Below, piece by piece: positions 1 to 15,609 of a stretch of DNA of 64,000 bases. Source of the stretch: Mizuhopecten yessoensis (Eukaryota); NCBI RefSeq assembly GCF_002113885.1, contig NW_018406654.1, forward strand, positions 298,957 through 362,956, read 5' to 3'. The position numbers and the translations under genes are program-made. Positions within the stretch are counted from its first letter, which is position 1, and each line of letters starts with the position of its first letter. A model generated the notes under the pieces. The model was not told the DNA's origin, ran no database searches, and worked only from the letters and a program-made list of their open reading frames with translations.

Positions 1-1040
1 TAACGCTGACACTATCCCTATAACGCTGACAATATCCCTGTAACGCCGACAATATCCCTATAACGCTGACAATATCACTATAACGCTGACAATATCTCTA
101 TAACGCTGGCAATATGACTATAACGCTGACAATATCCCTATACCGCAGACAATATCCCTATAACGCTGACACTATCCCTATAACGCTGACAATATCCCTA
201 TACCGCTGACAATATCACTATAACGCTAACATTATCCCTATAACGCTGACAATATCCCTATAACGCTGACACTATCCCTATAGTGCTGACAATATCCCTA
301 TAACGCTGACATTATCAATATCCATATAAACGCTGACAATATCCCTATAACTCTGACACTATCCCTTATAACGCTGACAATATCTCTATAACGCTGACAT
401 TATCCATATAACGCTGACACTATCCCTTTAACGCTGACAATATTTATACAAACGCTGACAATATCCCTATAACGCTAATAATATCCCTATAACGCTGACA
501 ATATCCCTATAACGCTGACAATATCCCTATAACGCTGACAATATCCCTATAACGCTGACAATATCACTGTAACACAGACAATATCCCTATAACGCTGACA
601 ATATCCCTATAACACTGACAATATCCCTATAACGCTGACAATATCACTATAACGCTGACACTATCCCTATAACGCTGACAATATCCCTATAACGCTGACA
701 ATATTCCTATTACGCTGACAATATGCCTATAACGCTGACAATATCACTATAGCGATGACAATATCCCTATATTGCTGACATTATCCATCTAACGCTGACA
801 ATATCTCTATAACGCTGACATTATCCCTTTAACGCTGACACTATCCCTTATAACGCTGACAATATCCCTATAGTGCTGACAATATCCCTATAACGCTGAC
901 AATATCTCTATAACGCTTACATTATCCATATAACGCTGACAATATCCCTATAACGCTGACAATATGCCTATAACGCTGACAATATGCCTATAACGCTGAC
1001 ATTATCCCTATAACGCTGACAATATCCCTATAACGCTGAC
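1..1040. repeat. Minisatellite, 20-bp unit taacgctgacaatatcccta, about 52 copies (truncated by window start)
   Basis: Directly visible head-to-tail array with point variants. Confidence 0.98.
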
Positions 1041-1944
1041 ATACACAATTAAAACTAATAAAAATACGTACATGCAACGTCAACACAAACACGTTAGACT
1101 TGAAGTAGAAATAGAGACACGACATTTATAACAAATCATGATAGGACGCAAACAAGGCATTAGAAAAGAAACAAAATAACATAATACTTAATAGGTAGAG
1201 TGCTCTGAAATCGTAACCTTTTCTTCTCCCAAAAGTTTTTTTTTGGACTTGAACATACTTTTATCGTATGACCAAAATTGGTGTCTGTTACTGATCAATA
1301 CCATTCTAATAAGGAAAGGCATTCGTCATTATTCAATATTTACCATAGCATGGCATTACCATTATATAAACCTGCTATGACTCTGGCTTAACTGAATTAT
1401 TTCTGAAAACAAAACCAATGTTAGAGGATCTTTATGAAAAACAGTACAGATGCAATCAACGAAACATAATCAACAAGAGTGTTCTCAGTGTAGTATTATA
1501 CTGGGATTTTAACCACGGACTTCAGATTATTATTGCACTACAACATGAATGAGCTACTGAACTGTCTTACAGTTACATACATATATATATATATATCCAA
1601 AACGGAAGGTAAGGGTAGGTTACATTGCATACAAAAGACCACAGTGCAGTGAAACACCGATCATTAAGTCATTTATCTGAACGAATACGTGTTTACATTC
1701 ATGCAATAATGTTTACAGATTACAAAAAAAAACCATACACTTTCAACTTCGTCAATTTTGAAGCTACCGAAACAGTGTATTAATTTGATTGTATTATTCT
1801 TTTAACATTTATTAGAAATAACACTAGCTTTTCTTAATAACCTGCTCTCTTATGAGGTTCTTTTTAAAGATATTTAACGAAGGTTTGAATTACAATATTT
1901 CCGATAGTAAGGTTTGCGTTACGACTTAAGAACAAAGAAACTAT

Positions 1945-2066
1945 TTCGCGGACATTAACTGACACCAAGGGCTGTGTGTGAACTCCGGTTTCCCTCCACA
2001 AACAAAACCTGGCACGTCCTTAAATGAACAGGACATAAAACACAAACAAACCAAAACAAACCAAAC
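1945..2066 (+). mobile_element. SINE 3' fragment with (caaac)-type tail
   Basis: actccggtttccctccaca core, ggcacgtccttaaatga, aaacaaaccaaaac tail. Confidence 0.6.
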
Positions 2067-3423
2067 GTCTGACCAAAACGTAAGCTCAATGGTGTTCGTA
2101 TCTGTGTCCCAGGTAAACGGATGATTCATGCAAATAATTCACATTATGTATGTATCTTTGTTTATCATTTCAATAAACGTTAGCTCTAAACTACTGACTT
2201 ACATCGAATGCTGTCAGATCGTTATCCCACATGTCATTTTACACATGGAGTATTCGCCCGATCTTCTTGGGTGAAAATAAAGAGGGAAAGAAATGACACC
2301 GGTTACATTTTGATATGCATATGCCAATAACGACGCCGTAAAGCCTGGCTAATTATAATTAGGTACACACATAATACAATCAACAGAAGATCCCTTTAAT
2401 GCATTGATCGGTAGAGAGTACGACGCTTTAGTTCTCGTTGAGATCGAGGCTTTAATTCTTTACTATCATTACTTTTTACTGATATGCAACTTACTGTTAG
2501 TCTACAAATATGCTATGACGTCACAAACGATTGACAACGTTTTGACATGTAAAAAAGTTTCTACTTGAAATTTTATTAAAATATTAACTATATCGTTTTA
2601 ATTATATTACTCTTTTTGACAGAAAAGTGCATACAGGACTATTAATGAAACGAGGCCTCAAATTCACCACCTTGGAGCAATACTTCCCTAACACAAGTTC
2701 CTCTTGAGGAGGTACTGACATATCAGAAGTGTCATTATACAGTTTCCCCTCGTTTTATCGACAAGTAGTCGACCAAATCAAAACATCTAAAAGTACAAAA
2801 TGATAACCCTAAATGAGGTTGGTAGACGTTCTGGGAGAACACACATCAATAACAAATAACACACACTTCAGAACAATACGTTAGCTCAAAATGACATGTA
2901 TAATATTTTCAAACGTTACTTAACTGTCATATTTGCAGTGCATGGATGGTTACTAGAATTCGGTAATGACTGTATTGAAGAACATACAAAAAATTGTTAA
3001 CTCATGATACATTGTATGTGAATATTTGGTAAGCTTGCTGCTGTAAAAGCAGGTCTTTTTCGCGGTGTGTAAATGATCCCGTTTTCCGCGGGGAAGAAGT
3101 TATCGAAAAAATATCTCCAACGCGACTACATATTTTTTGATTTCATCGTGTATAGATATATATAGAATTTTCACATTCCAGTACCTCTCCTTTTGCTGAA
3201 GCGAAAACAGCAACACTGTGATCATTTAAAAGAGTCACAATACAAATATTTCTAAGCGAGATAATTAAGGGAAAGTAGCGAGATACAACTTGTTATTAAA
3301 AAAGCATCATTCGGCTCATTACCACCAGCATTTGACCTTAACAATAGTTTTACACGGATAGGGGAGAAAGAAGCTTGGAATTTGAAAGGAGAAGGAGGGG
3401 GGATTGACGAGGCACGTTTATTG

Positions 3424-3680
3424 TAATAATAATAATAATATACAACATTTGATATAGCGCCTTATCTAGCTAGCATAAGCCACTCTAAAGCGCTTTACAG
3501 TACATAGATATACAATTTTATACAGTCAATACAATTAGCATATATATTAATCAATACAATATTGAGGAGGAATTTGCAGGAGCTGCCTTATCAGGCGCTA
3601 ACTACTAGTCCTATGCCACCTGGCTAATATCTCCTTATGTGTGTATGCCTGTGTGTGTGCTGGAGATGTATTGTGTAAAC
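3424..3680 (-). mobile_element. Retroposon 3' end (L2/CR1-like tail ending in (ATT)n)
   Basis: Minus strand reads aaagcgctttagag...aaggcgctatatcaaat...attattattatt; second copy at 40058-40312. Confidence 0.7.
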
Positions 3681-5058
3681 ATGAACTAAATAAGAATCCG
3701 TTGGCTAAATGACTCATAACAAATGGATCGGATACATTTTTAGAACAAAAAATCATATGGAGTTAGGGAGGGGGAAGTTTTAAGGAAAGGGGAGGGGGGA
3801 GGGGAGTAAGGGAGAGGCAAATTCGTGATATCGTGTTACCAAATAAGCCTATTTGTGTCGAATGGCTCTTCACAAAATTATCAACATAAATCAAGGAAGG
3901 CTGGTGGGAGTGATAATCCACTGAGTTTGATATTAAAAAATTAATGTGAATTTAATACGTTTCATTGTAATTAATGCATGCATTCAGGGATAAATTATTG
4001 TATCTATTCAAAACTAAGTTTAAAAGTACGTTTAAAAATAAGTCAATAAAAAAACATTCCTCATTCAATTAAAACATACAAATACAAGTTAAAGAACATG
4101 TTTTGCTGTGACGACGGCATTGAGTGCATGTTATGTATTATTTCAATAGATATTTAACTGAGATTTCACACATACTAAGAAAATTCAAACAGAAAATAAC
4201 AATATCTAGCAATGACGTATTAATGTATTGACATAATTTAAAATAAATAACATACATCTTAGTGGTAAATATACTTTGGCGTGAGGATATTATTTTAGTG
4301 ATGTATTCAACTTTAGTTAAGGAACATCGCACCAAAACTGTAACTAAGTACTGGACACGGTTTTATCTTGTATGACTATAGCTTTGAAAAAATCATCTCT
4401 GAAAATAAAGCCGTACCTTGGAAATAATTAATGAGAGTTAAGTAAAATAAAATAATCCCAAAATAATCAACTACATTGTTTTCAGTGTTAAAAAACAGTA
4501 GGGAGTTATGTACCGGGATTAGAATGCTGAAGTTCAAATGATAATACTATTGCTCTAACCGATTGAGCTTTCTGGCCCAACCGTGCTACAGTTATATCCA
4601 AACAGAAGTTAGGGAAAGGTTACTGTACATGTATATAGAAAAAAGAATAAAAACAGAGTGTAGGGGACAGACATCCTTAATTCCAGATGAAACATGCAGT
4701 ATGAGTAATACATGCTTAAGTAAGATGTAAACATGTAAACAAAATAGGGGGAAGGAAACAAACAATGATGAATGATCTTGCATTAAACGACAGTTAAGTC
4801 GTTCCCTGCCATTAAAGGAGGCGTACGATTGATATTTAAACGATTAGATAATAGAAATATATATCACTGCAACGTAATTGCCGTTTCATGACTGTGTAGG
4901 TGTATCAATGATTGAATTGTAGCGGTCAAAACCCAATGAATACATCACTGCATTAATACATCCATGAAGTTCAAACATAGTTTTTCTATTATATGACTAT
5001 TTCGTATGGCATTAAAGTACACTTCTATATCAAAGTGACATCAGTTTTGTCTGTAACT

Positions 5059-5291
5059 GACCACAACTGGACATTAACATGACAATTTTGACAGAGTAAA
5101 CACAATTATCTTTTTATCCCATTATCTTGTTATTATAAGCCACGCAGGAAATCTGACCACAGGTAATTATGCATTGAACTGGGGCTTATGATGTGGTTTC
5201 TTAGAAGATCTGACCGCAGGTAATTTGAGGTCAGTGTGTTGCGGTCACCTAAAACAATTATAGGCCACTAGCTAGTGACATTGCTGTGGTG
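5059..5291. promoter_or_regulatory. Putative enhancer: Runx-type motif cluster with GATA and ETS cores
   Basis: gaccaca 5059 and 5155; tgtggtt 5192; gaccgca 5212; tgcggtc 5240; tgtggtg 5285; ttatct near 5106 and 5122; caggaaat near 5145. Confidence 0.4.
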
Positions 5292-6721
5292 CGTTTACTT
5301 TGAAATAAGGATTAAGAAGACAATGACACTAGCACGTATCGTATTACGTTTATTAAGGTGCGTAGATTGGGGTTAATAAGAACACATTTCAAATTTGCAG
5401 ACGTCTATACGTTTTATTACATTTAAATGATGCATAATTCGGATTGTGAAACCATTTAAAATCTCCCATTTCCCGAGTGTGTGGTTTTCTGGAATCCCAT
5501 TCGTAACTATATCCATTGATGTATTACCATCACGATTCAATTATCTTTTTTGAATGTATGAGGACCCTTGATCTAATGTCAGTTCGTTAATACAAAATAG
5601 TCGTCGACGCCCCGCAATTGTACGTACAAATATGACGTCATAATGGCTCTGTTTTTAATAACCGATTTTTTTAGTCCCGGATGATTAAGAGGAAGGCGAC
5701 CTTTAAGTAGTGCGATCCCGATATATAGGTGTTGCCGACCCACATTTCTACATAAACACACGAGTTAGTGGTCAGCTTTATTTTAGTGGAAACTTACTTT
5801 TCTCGACTCTAAACCGCTTGAAAACAATTCCCTAAGCCAGCTGTCAAACATCATTCAGACATTTTGTCCAATAATACTGCAGACCGTTAGGGAGACCGAT
5901 AACATTTTAACCCTTTTTGTCCCTTAGTGAATGTTAAATTGGGGTCATAAATATGACTCAACTGGTGCCTCCCTTCGTCTCTCATCAAATCTCCTTCCCT
6001 CCTAACCCTGATGCTTATACTTATACAACTGTAGTGACGTTTACATTTCATTACAAGTTTATGATAATATAAACTAACGGTGCAATACATTTTCCTGACA
6101 AAACTGTCCTACATTAACGACTACAGTTAAACAACAAATTATAATAAGTAATTGACACTAAGTTATGCAAAGTTTAAAGTATTATCAAAAATGACGTCAA
6201 CAGGACAATGCGATGACTTTGAAATTTTAATACAAAGACAAACAGATTTATTAAATCTAGCTAATCACAAAAATAATTCTATTTGTTCCATGTTTTACTT
6301 CAGAATGTAATACAAGATATGTAAAACTTTTTTTTGTAAACGGTCTACTTATAAAATTAAGGATATTTTATTAAAATGTGAAGAGCAGTCTACACTATAT
6401 TTAGCATAAACAGTATTTAATTACGCATAAATAAATACAACTTAATACGTTTAATTTTTTTAATTATATTATTTTAACGATACAATATCAAATCCCAGAC
6501 ATGTTTCAAATTAATATTTACATAGTTTACCTGATTCGAAGCCGAACGTAATTGTCAGATGATCCTCTTAAAGAAATTATCAAAAACGGAAAACAGACAT
6601 ATGTTTCAAGTGAATAATGCTCAAAAAATACGCAAGACATTTTTAACAGATTGGTATAAATAGTTAGGGAGATGCTGTAATGTTTCAATGTATGGTATAT
6701 TTATAGTATTTTCTTGTTAGT

Positions 6722-6900
6722 GTTTTACGTCCTATTAACAGCCATCGCCATTTAATGACTTTCTAGGTTTTCGGTGGTGAAGGAAAACCGGAGCACCATG
6801 AGAAAAAAATACAACGACCCGCGGCAAGTACCTTGGACTGCCCAACACAGGCATTGAAACCGCGACTCTTTGGCTGAGAACTATTGACTTCCAAACGTCA
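6722..6900 (-). mobile_element. Degenerate SINE (ggaaaaccggagcacc core)
   Basis: Core and 3' end (acgtcctattaacagcc) related to the fragment at 1945-2066. Confidence 0.6.
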
Positions 6901-9900
6901 AACCTGATGTAAACATATCCTGAAAGACAAGACAAAATGATGAATCTAGTCTAAAAGCGATCACCATTATTATTGTATATCCACAAAGCAAAATTTATTT
7001 TAAAGATATCATGTCTGTTAAAGGATAAACGTAAGACATGCACATATGTATGTTTGATAAGTTTCAGTAATAGGCACAGTAAGCAAAAACGTATTGCACT
7101 GCCCTAAATGTGTAAAAGTGATTGTAAGCGGTCAAAATTACTACTGAAAAAGAAAGGGGATGGGAAAATAAAACAAATTACATTAATTTTTTAATTGAGG
7201 AAAATTGATTAATCTCAGAATAATATCGTATGCGTATTTACAAATAGGCTACTAATCACACAGAGATTATTGAGACCCTCACGTTAACGCCAAACCACGC
7301 GGACTAAAAGAATCACTCTCAAACCTTCACCTGGGTGGTCTCTAGAGACACTTAATTGACCTGTGTAAAAGTTAAACTATATACTAACATAACGATTTCA
7401 TCAAAGCGTAACATCTTAATATAATATTTAAATTATTAATGAAAACTGATAAATTATTAATGAAAATGACAGATGAAAGACTGTAACAAAGGGGGAAGTA
7501 AAATATATATAAAAAAAAACATTCTGTCATACTTCGATTGAAGTTGATGTTTTTTTAATACACTTTACACATTGCAGGTTGAAATATTGGCATCGGCACG
7601 TGTTTCTGTCGTGTTTTTTTTTTTTAATTTCATTCTTTTTACACAAGTGTTCAGCATGTCCCTTATCACACAATTAAACTGTTTAATTTGTTTTGTTTTA
7701 GTTATTTGTTTTTGTTTTAGTTAGTTTGTTTGATCTTGTTCAGTTATATTATATTTAAAACTCTAGTAATTTCGTAGGTTGATTGTGGAATGCAAAACTC
7801 AGAAACCTTTCATGCATTGTCAGGAAACATTGTCCAACATGAGAACATAAAGCGTGTGATTACATATAGTAATTGCTATCTTATCAGTAACATATAAGGC
7901 TGAAAAATCAGCAAGTAAAGTTAGCGTGAACAATGGTAAATGATGCGTATTGTAAATTGTTATGACTTGGATGCACTTGGTTTATTTTGACTTTGCAATA
8001 CGGCATTTCTTTTATCTCATTTCACACAAAATTGATTTCCTCAGAAAACTTCTATATCGAGAAAACACGTAATAAGTGGAATATTCTTCGGTTCCGTGTG
8101 AAAACATGTATATTTCATTCGCAGGTTCAATATCTTTCTGTTTTTCCACGTGTGTAAATTAGGAATGATAAATATTCAACCACTTGAACATGGCACAGGG
8201 GCAGTAATATAAACAGGTGCCCATCAGGCGTTCTTTCTCAAGCCAGGAGGCGGTCTTTCTTCTCGGGTCTCCTTAGAATGGTCAATAGGTGACTGATTTG
8301 AAAAAGAAATATACTGTGTCAAACTTAAGAGAGAAAAGAACACTTGAAACTATTGCTATGAATTAATTTAATCCAGTATGCTTAAACAGTGATTTGAAAA
8401 TGATATTCTCCTTCACAATCAAAAACAAAACAAAATGATGGCTTAATGATGTATCATACAGTACCTTAATGTCAAGTTGATGGCGATTTCCCATTATGCT
8501 ATACTGTATATATAAATACGATTGTTGATGTGTTTATGACTAAACATAAATCACAAAATCAAGCTTATTGAATATTTAATTCAATTAACGCTCATTTGTG
8601 CTAATTATATCTCCAATACTATACACAGTTATCATCGATAGTGTTTAAGGGAGCACTAATTGATTTGTGTGCATATCATATCCTTAAAATGTAAATTCAT
8701 GAATCAATATGAATTATTACGAGCACAATAAATCAAACAGCATTTTCCTAATTGTGTACAGTAGTCAACATATCTTTATATACAGATTTATATGTTCTTA
8801 TTATCATAAATGCATATGATAGTATAAGATACAGATCACGAAATAACTTGTTATGTACAAATACCGGAAATACATTAAAGATTAACAAAATTAATCATAC
8901 GATACAAATAACGTGATCATGCATTACTAAAACAACATATCATTACATTTGGTCTATATTTACGCTTGAGAGTATTTCATGGAATGCATAAAATTATAAC
9001 TTGCTTGTAGCTAAAAACTTTGAAATATTGAAAATTAAAAGATAGATTTATTGAATGTCATATATCGAGTGACATTTTCCAATACAATAGCTAATTGAAA
9101 ACTCGAATATCCCAAAATGTAAGCACAAAACTCATTTTTCCTTTACATATTTGATATCTTAATTAAGTCAGTTTTCTCATGTAGTAAATTAAGTATTTAG
9201 CAAACCCATGACGTTATTGTTTATCAAAAATTTGAACGAACCTGCATATAGTAAACGGAATATTTACTGCAAAGGGTTATATGTGGAATTTAAAATGCAT
9301 ATATTAACTTACGCAACACTTTAATTAAGGCAATACGTTATCACGATTACATGAATGATGGATTCTTCCATCTAGGAGTGCCGAACGTTAATAGTTTACT
9401 TTTTATTCGGACATTCTAAATATAAGAAAGCGCAATCAGTTGACAAAGCGCACCTTTTTTATGTAAGTCCTATTAGCAATCATGTGTGAGAAAAATACGC
9501 ATGCATCAGTTTTGAAGGAGGTGTGCCCACTTTAATGCTCCAGTGAGTCATAACGAATAAGCTTGACATTTTTTTCTGCAAATAAAACATAGGGATATCT
9601 TGATATATGAAATGAGGCTTCTGTTCTGGATCAGTGAGTCCATGTTGAAAAAAGAGCAAAACATGGTATTTTATGGAGATGTATAAAGAAAAAACGTAAG
9701 CTCCGATTTTCAAAAGATTTATTTGGTGGTTACACCTTTAGATGACCTACTTGACAATATTGCTTTACATCATTTCAAATTCATTTGGTCATGTTTTAAA
9801 GATTTTTTTTTCGCTTCACTGTGGATTTTGCATTAACGTAACTTCTATTTTATTTGTATTTAACTGTAGCACATATCGGTCGACGAACCTCCGCTTACCC

Positions 9901-10322
9901 GGTAGCTCAGTTATCTGACACTATTTTCAGTAGAGTGACAGAGCGACAGTATTAACAATCTGAAGTCTAGGGTTCGAAACTTAATGTAGCATCAGCTTAA
10001 TTTGAAGCTTAGAACACTGTTTTTGATCATATTTGTATATTTCACATTTATTACTGCAGCAGGATATGATTTCTTTTCATTGATAATTTAACCAACTATG
10101 GTTTATGCAGAGACAATACAGTTTTTAGGCAGTGGTACAGGGGTCCTTAAACGGCATTTAAAACAATGGCAATCAAAAAAAAAAAGTCTTGCGGTTAACA
10201 ATTGCTCCCACATACAATACATCATCGAATAAATTACATAACATATACAGCAACTACAAAAATAAACATTATCAAAATTAAAATAACAGTTCCTATAATC
10301 ACCTATATACATTCAATAGTAT

Positions 10323-10799
10323 ACAGTTGTTTCATGCCTTATCAGTCAACAGTCAAAACCATTTTCCCTCGGAGTTGGGACCCACCAAATGAACTGTTTC
10401 CCTCGGCCTGCGGCCTCGGGAAACAGTTCATCTGGAGGGTCCCAACTCCTCGGGAAAATAGTTTTGACTGTTGACTAATAAGGCATGAAACAACTGTTTT
10501 GTTACTTGACCAATGAAAAACCAAAGTTCTATGTCGAATGTGATGTTTAGATCTACCGACAGACAACCGTCAACAATCCAGTACCAAAAACGCTTGGTCA
10601 TCGGGGTGCTTGTAATTATAGGTGCGTTCGATTACCTAACATGTGACCAGTCAACGGTTTCACGTGACCAGTCAACAGTTTTTCGGGGACTAGCCCACAG
10701 TTTTACGGTAGCACACATTAGCTATAGTTCGTTTGGTGAATTGTCTGGGAAACAGTCGAAGTTGATTAATATGCATTTATATAGCGAGTCAGGTAACAA
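10323..10799. mobile_element. Non-autonomous hairpin element (175-bp palindrome, then a short inverted repeat matching the far end)
   Basis: Palindrome 10323-10497 centred on cctcggcctgcggcctcggg; ttgttacttgac (~10499) pairs with gtcaggtaacaa (10788-10799). Confidence 0.75.
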
Positions 10800-13700
10800 C
10801 TTCCCCTTTTGAACTTCATCCCTCATTTTGTCTCTATGAAGGGACTTATTGATAAATACAAAAACAAAAAAAAATACCGATAACCACTTATAACATTTCA
10901 AGAGACTATATTTAATTAATACAAAGAAATAAATTGATCTATTATATCACACTTTCGGTAACTTTCATATTCCTCCTTTATCACTTTAGGTATTACAAAA
11001 CAATCTTCATATTGTGGATTGTTTTACGATATCAGTAGTTGATGCAACTAAGTCACGTACATTGTACATGACTTTGTTTAGCCTAATGATCACCTATGAA
11101 TCCTTGTTTCATTTAAGGCAAATACACAAAAAGAAAGAAACAGAGCCTCGTGAATTGTAAGTTTTTGTGCCCCATCCCATTGACTGTTTTATGTCAATAA
11201 AATGTGTTGTGAATGAAAATTAACAAAACGAGAAAACTGAAGTGTCACTATAACTGTACATCGACACACTATAGACAACATTATGGCAAAATATGAACTA
11301 ACGAATGCTATGTCTGTATGGTGACCCTTGAAATTTGTCAAATCGTCTGTGTGCATGTTACGTTCATCTTTAAATGTACATGACAATGAACCGTGCTGGT
11401 GAGCGTGCTATCCCCTGTGCATTGCAACATATGTATTACTTAAGTAGTGGAACTGTCATAATGCATACACTTTACACACTTATGATTTAAAATGTGAGAA
11501 AACTCGTCTAAGTTTTGAAATTCAAATAATTGAGAACTTTTCGCATAGCTGTAGCATGATTGAGCCATGGTTCTGCAGTTAACCATGCAGTTCAGTAAGT
11601 AAACCCGTTTCAATCCTGGTCTTTCCACTGATTCACATATAGAACAGTGTTGTTGAGTTGTTTTCGTATGTATTATCTTTAATAAGAAATCCGTAAAGAA
11701 TGATTTCCTTTTTAGAAGTTATTTGTTTAAGATTTCGTCCTACTGCTAATGATGTTACCGGTTGAAGCGAATAGAAAAAAAAACAGGAATTAATATCTAA
11801 CATACATACTTACGGATAACAAATGATAGTAGCTAGATAAATATTAAAATGGACAGAACATTTTGTAAGCGTTAATTTTTTTTTTCTCTCATATTTTTAT
11901 TTTTTATTTCTACTTCCTTAAAATAACCTTCTGGTATAACTATCATGATGGAATAACACTTTATCTAAAAATGATTCAACATGTCTCAGTCATTTACAGA
12001 AGACAAAATTTAATACATTTTTAAAACATATTTTTTAAATACAGAAAACTGTACACATGGAATATGTTTTCAGCTTGAGTTTGAGTTATGTGAGTTTCAT
12101 TTGAGAATGAAATCGAACTGTAAGCATAACTATGGAATTAAAAGTTGAACTAAAGCTCAGAATCTGAGTTTAGACTTAAGAATATATCTTGAGTTTGAGT
12201 CTAAGGACAGATAATGAGTTATCACTTCAGCCAAGCATCTTAGTTTGAGCTTGAACAATTTATTTGAATTGAGTGGAATATTTAATATATATTTTTAATA
12301 CCAATACATGTTATACTAATTTTACGACATAATATTGTCGATTTACTCTAATGCTTTGTTTAACGAAGCAAACTAAATTGGTAAATTATGCATTAAGATT
12401 ATCGGACTTTTCAGTCATGTTAAAACTGAAATAAAACACAAATGTTTTAGCTTTTAAAATAAGCATTCGAATCACTTTATACTCAGTTTTCTACATATAC
12501 AGAGACAGAGTGTATATCGAGGAAAATTAGCATAACGAATCAAAGCTAATACTCATTCATGCATAACGATTCATTGTATAGGAGTATTTTTGTCATGAAT
12601 TATCTATTTCAACAAGATATATATTCATTTATTTCTTTTGAATTTTCTAATTTCCTTTTTTTTTTAAGATAATGAATCGTCATAGACAGTAAAGTATTGC
12701 TCCTGCTTCATCATATCCGGGAACGAACCTTTCGAAACCGCATCAATTATCGACTAGTTTATAATAATGATCTTATAATTCATTTCAGTGATGGATATAT
12801 GTATATTCATCACCCGATTAACGTTAATATTCATGATAAGTTACGTCATTACCGCGAACGATCTTTATATATAATTATGTTAGCATAAGAACTTTTCGAA
12901 AACGCATCAATATAATATATTGTCTTGAAATTCAAAGTTATCGACACATTTTTAATAATGATCCAGCACTTCATTTAGTGATAGATATATGCATATTCAT
13001 CAACCGATTCACGTTGATTTTCAAAATAAGGTACGTCATTACCACCGAAGATTTATATTTAAGTTATATTACCGATAAATTATTTCATTTAACTAGTGAG
13101 TGGGTTTGTGCATTTATATATACATTTACTCTGAATAATTGTATATTCGAAAAAGGATTTCTTATCGATAAAAATGTATATGGTGATAGATTGATACATG
13201 AAATTATTGCATGTGTTGAGATCATATGATGTAAATTTCGAATATGCCACGCACTCATGATTTCACTAATAAACCTCTCCTAAACATTCGCAAAAGCTGT
13301 AATTTGGGTTTCACTCGATACGTACATGCATGCATGCGGTTGAGTATTAAGTAATACCCATAGGAATGGTGAATGTCAATAAGCAGGTATATATAATAAT
13401 TAAGCAGTGAACTGTTTTGTATGGTATTTATGATATATTTTTTTAATAACACAGCTTTGCAAGCAAACAACATAATACGCGCTAGCTAGATATCTGCATT
13501 TTGGCGGTGCTGGAAAATCATATCCGACACAGCTTTCAAAGAGGCTATATAGTGACAATGCCATGCAAATGTAAATATAACACATTAAAATGCAATATAC
13601 GAATATATATGGTATGCTATCATACATCGGTGTTAAGGAAGTTATCAGACTGAAAACCGTTTAAAATGCATTACAAAAGAAGAGTTATATGAACCTATGA

Positions 13701-15609
13701 AATATTTAAATTTTATACAATTTACATATTCCTAAAGATAAACTAGTACCGCAGAAAACATGCATTAACTCTTTCAAAAAAACAAGTCAATGCCATATTA
13801 ATTTGTTATCATTCCATGCAAGTGATGAACTCTTAATCATCAAGTGTAAATTTAGTTTCAACAACAAGACAAACATAGGTTAATCATAATTACGACCATA
13901 TTCCATCTCAGAAGTTCTATCCGTCAAAACGGGACTAAAACGTAACTACTGAATATGTAGCGACTGATGGGTTTTGCAGAATAGTAAGGATTCCCTGGCG
14001 ACAGTTTTGGCGCTCAATCAAACTGTTTCACGTACGTGAGGTTATTTATGGTTAAATGGATGTTATTTTCCATGGGGAGTGCAGGATAACTACTTGATGT
14101 TTAGCAGCATTTAGGAGGGTCATTGACGCTCTCTGTTTCGTTAAACTTTGTCTTGAATATGAATTGGTACAAAAAGTGAAAATGTTGATGAATAGGTAAG
14201 ATTATCTCAAAGACAACTGCAAACTTGTGAAGAAGTTACCCCATAAATTGCATTGCTTTTCGATGTTGAATGCCATTCATTTTAGCGGGGTTTTTTTTAT
14301 AGGCACGATTGTCGTCATGTACTCTTGTCTCTTGTTAAAAAACAACCTCTAACCAAGTTATTCTGTACTTTAAAAAAAAAATGTTGATTCTTTTAACCTT
14401 CACAATCAATAACACCTATGTAACAACCTGAATGTAAACATAACCTTTATTTATTATACGACGATTATGGGCGAACGCACAACATTAAAGCCAAAAGTAA
14501 GATATTGCCAAGCAAGGCGTTAGGTAATGAAAGAATGTAGAAGAAGAGGGAAAGATTAAGATCCCAAATATTGAAATAGGAGCAGCAGATTTGTTTTGGT
14601 CGTTTTTGAGTCCCCTACTTGAGGGCACAAACGCAAACATGGTGCTTGTGCCTACGCATCAATCAGTAATAAAAACATTAAGACTTCAAACTGAACAATA
14701 TTTTATGAAAATTAAAACACAACGAAATATTCATAAACCCTGACACACCTATACTTCCGTCTTAGACGCATGTGCTTAGCAAACGCTTTACAAATCCAAC
14801 ATTCAAAATACAACAGTGAACGTGCACACAGGACCAGATCACTGACTGACAAAGGGCTTTATACTTTCTTACTAGATCAGGTTAGATCTATTTCTGTTCG
14901 TTTTTCGTTTGGTTTCTTGTATACTAGACCAATATATCTGCATTTTGGCGGTGCTGGAAAATTATATCCCCCTAACAGTTCTAGGTCGCTTACACGCGCA
15001 GACTGGCAGGCAAATTAAAGTGACCTTTCTGGGTTACGCTATTGTTCGTGACGTCATTTATGACGTTTTTGTGTCATTCAGGGTCATCCACGTTATTAGC
15101 AATTGCCATCCGGGCTTCATATGCAAATGAGAAATGTGCGGACTGTTTACAACTTAACTAGAAAAGCAGCTGTTTTACGGGTTTTTAGTTAATAAGCAAT
15201 AAATTGAATCAAGCCATGATGTGAGATTTTGGGTCTCCTGCTCAATACGGTTTCCGGATAAGGTTTAAATGACCTTATCCGTAACTCATATCAGGGATGC
15301 ATTTTATTTGTCAACTGCGTTGCTAAGTTTGGTATCGCCAATAGTCCTACATTAACCTTATTACGTCTAAGATTCATCCCTGCAGGTCGGGGATCGTGAA
15401 ATACACCTGCTGGTATCCATGTTTGGGACCCCCGTTAGAATTGGGAATTTGCTTATGTGCCCCCTACTTGGTGACACAAAATCGACCAAAATGTCTGCTG
15501 AACCCACTGCAAAATTTAGGATGTTTATATTTCTTTCTACCTGTCTTCTATTTCCGCCTTGCTTGACATTACCTCACTTTTGACTTCTTCGATGTTGAAC
15601 ATTCGCCCA

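Noticed and set aside
1-1040. Regular 20-bp array as a CRISPR array
   Set aside because: Units are head-to-tail with no unique spacers, there are no cas genes and the context is eukaryotic; it is a minisatellite.
9900-10030. tRNA-like sequence (ggtagctcag...gggttcgaa), with similar pieces near 4520-4580 and 22770-22830
   Set aside because: No intact cloverleaf; these look like degenerate tRNA-derived heads within repeats.
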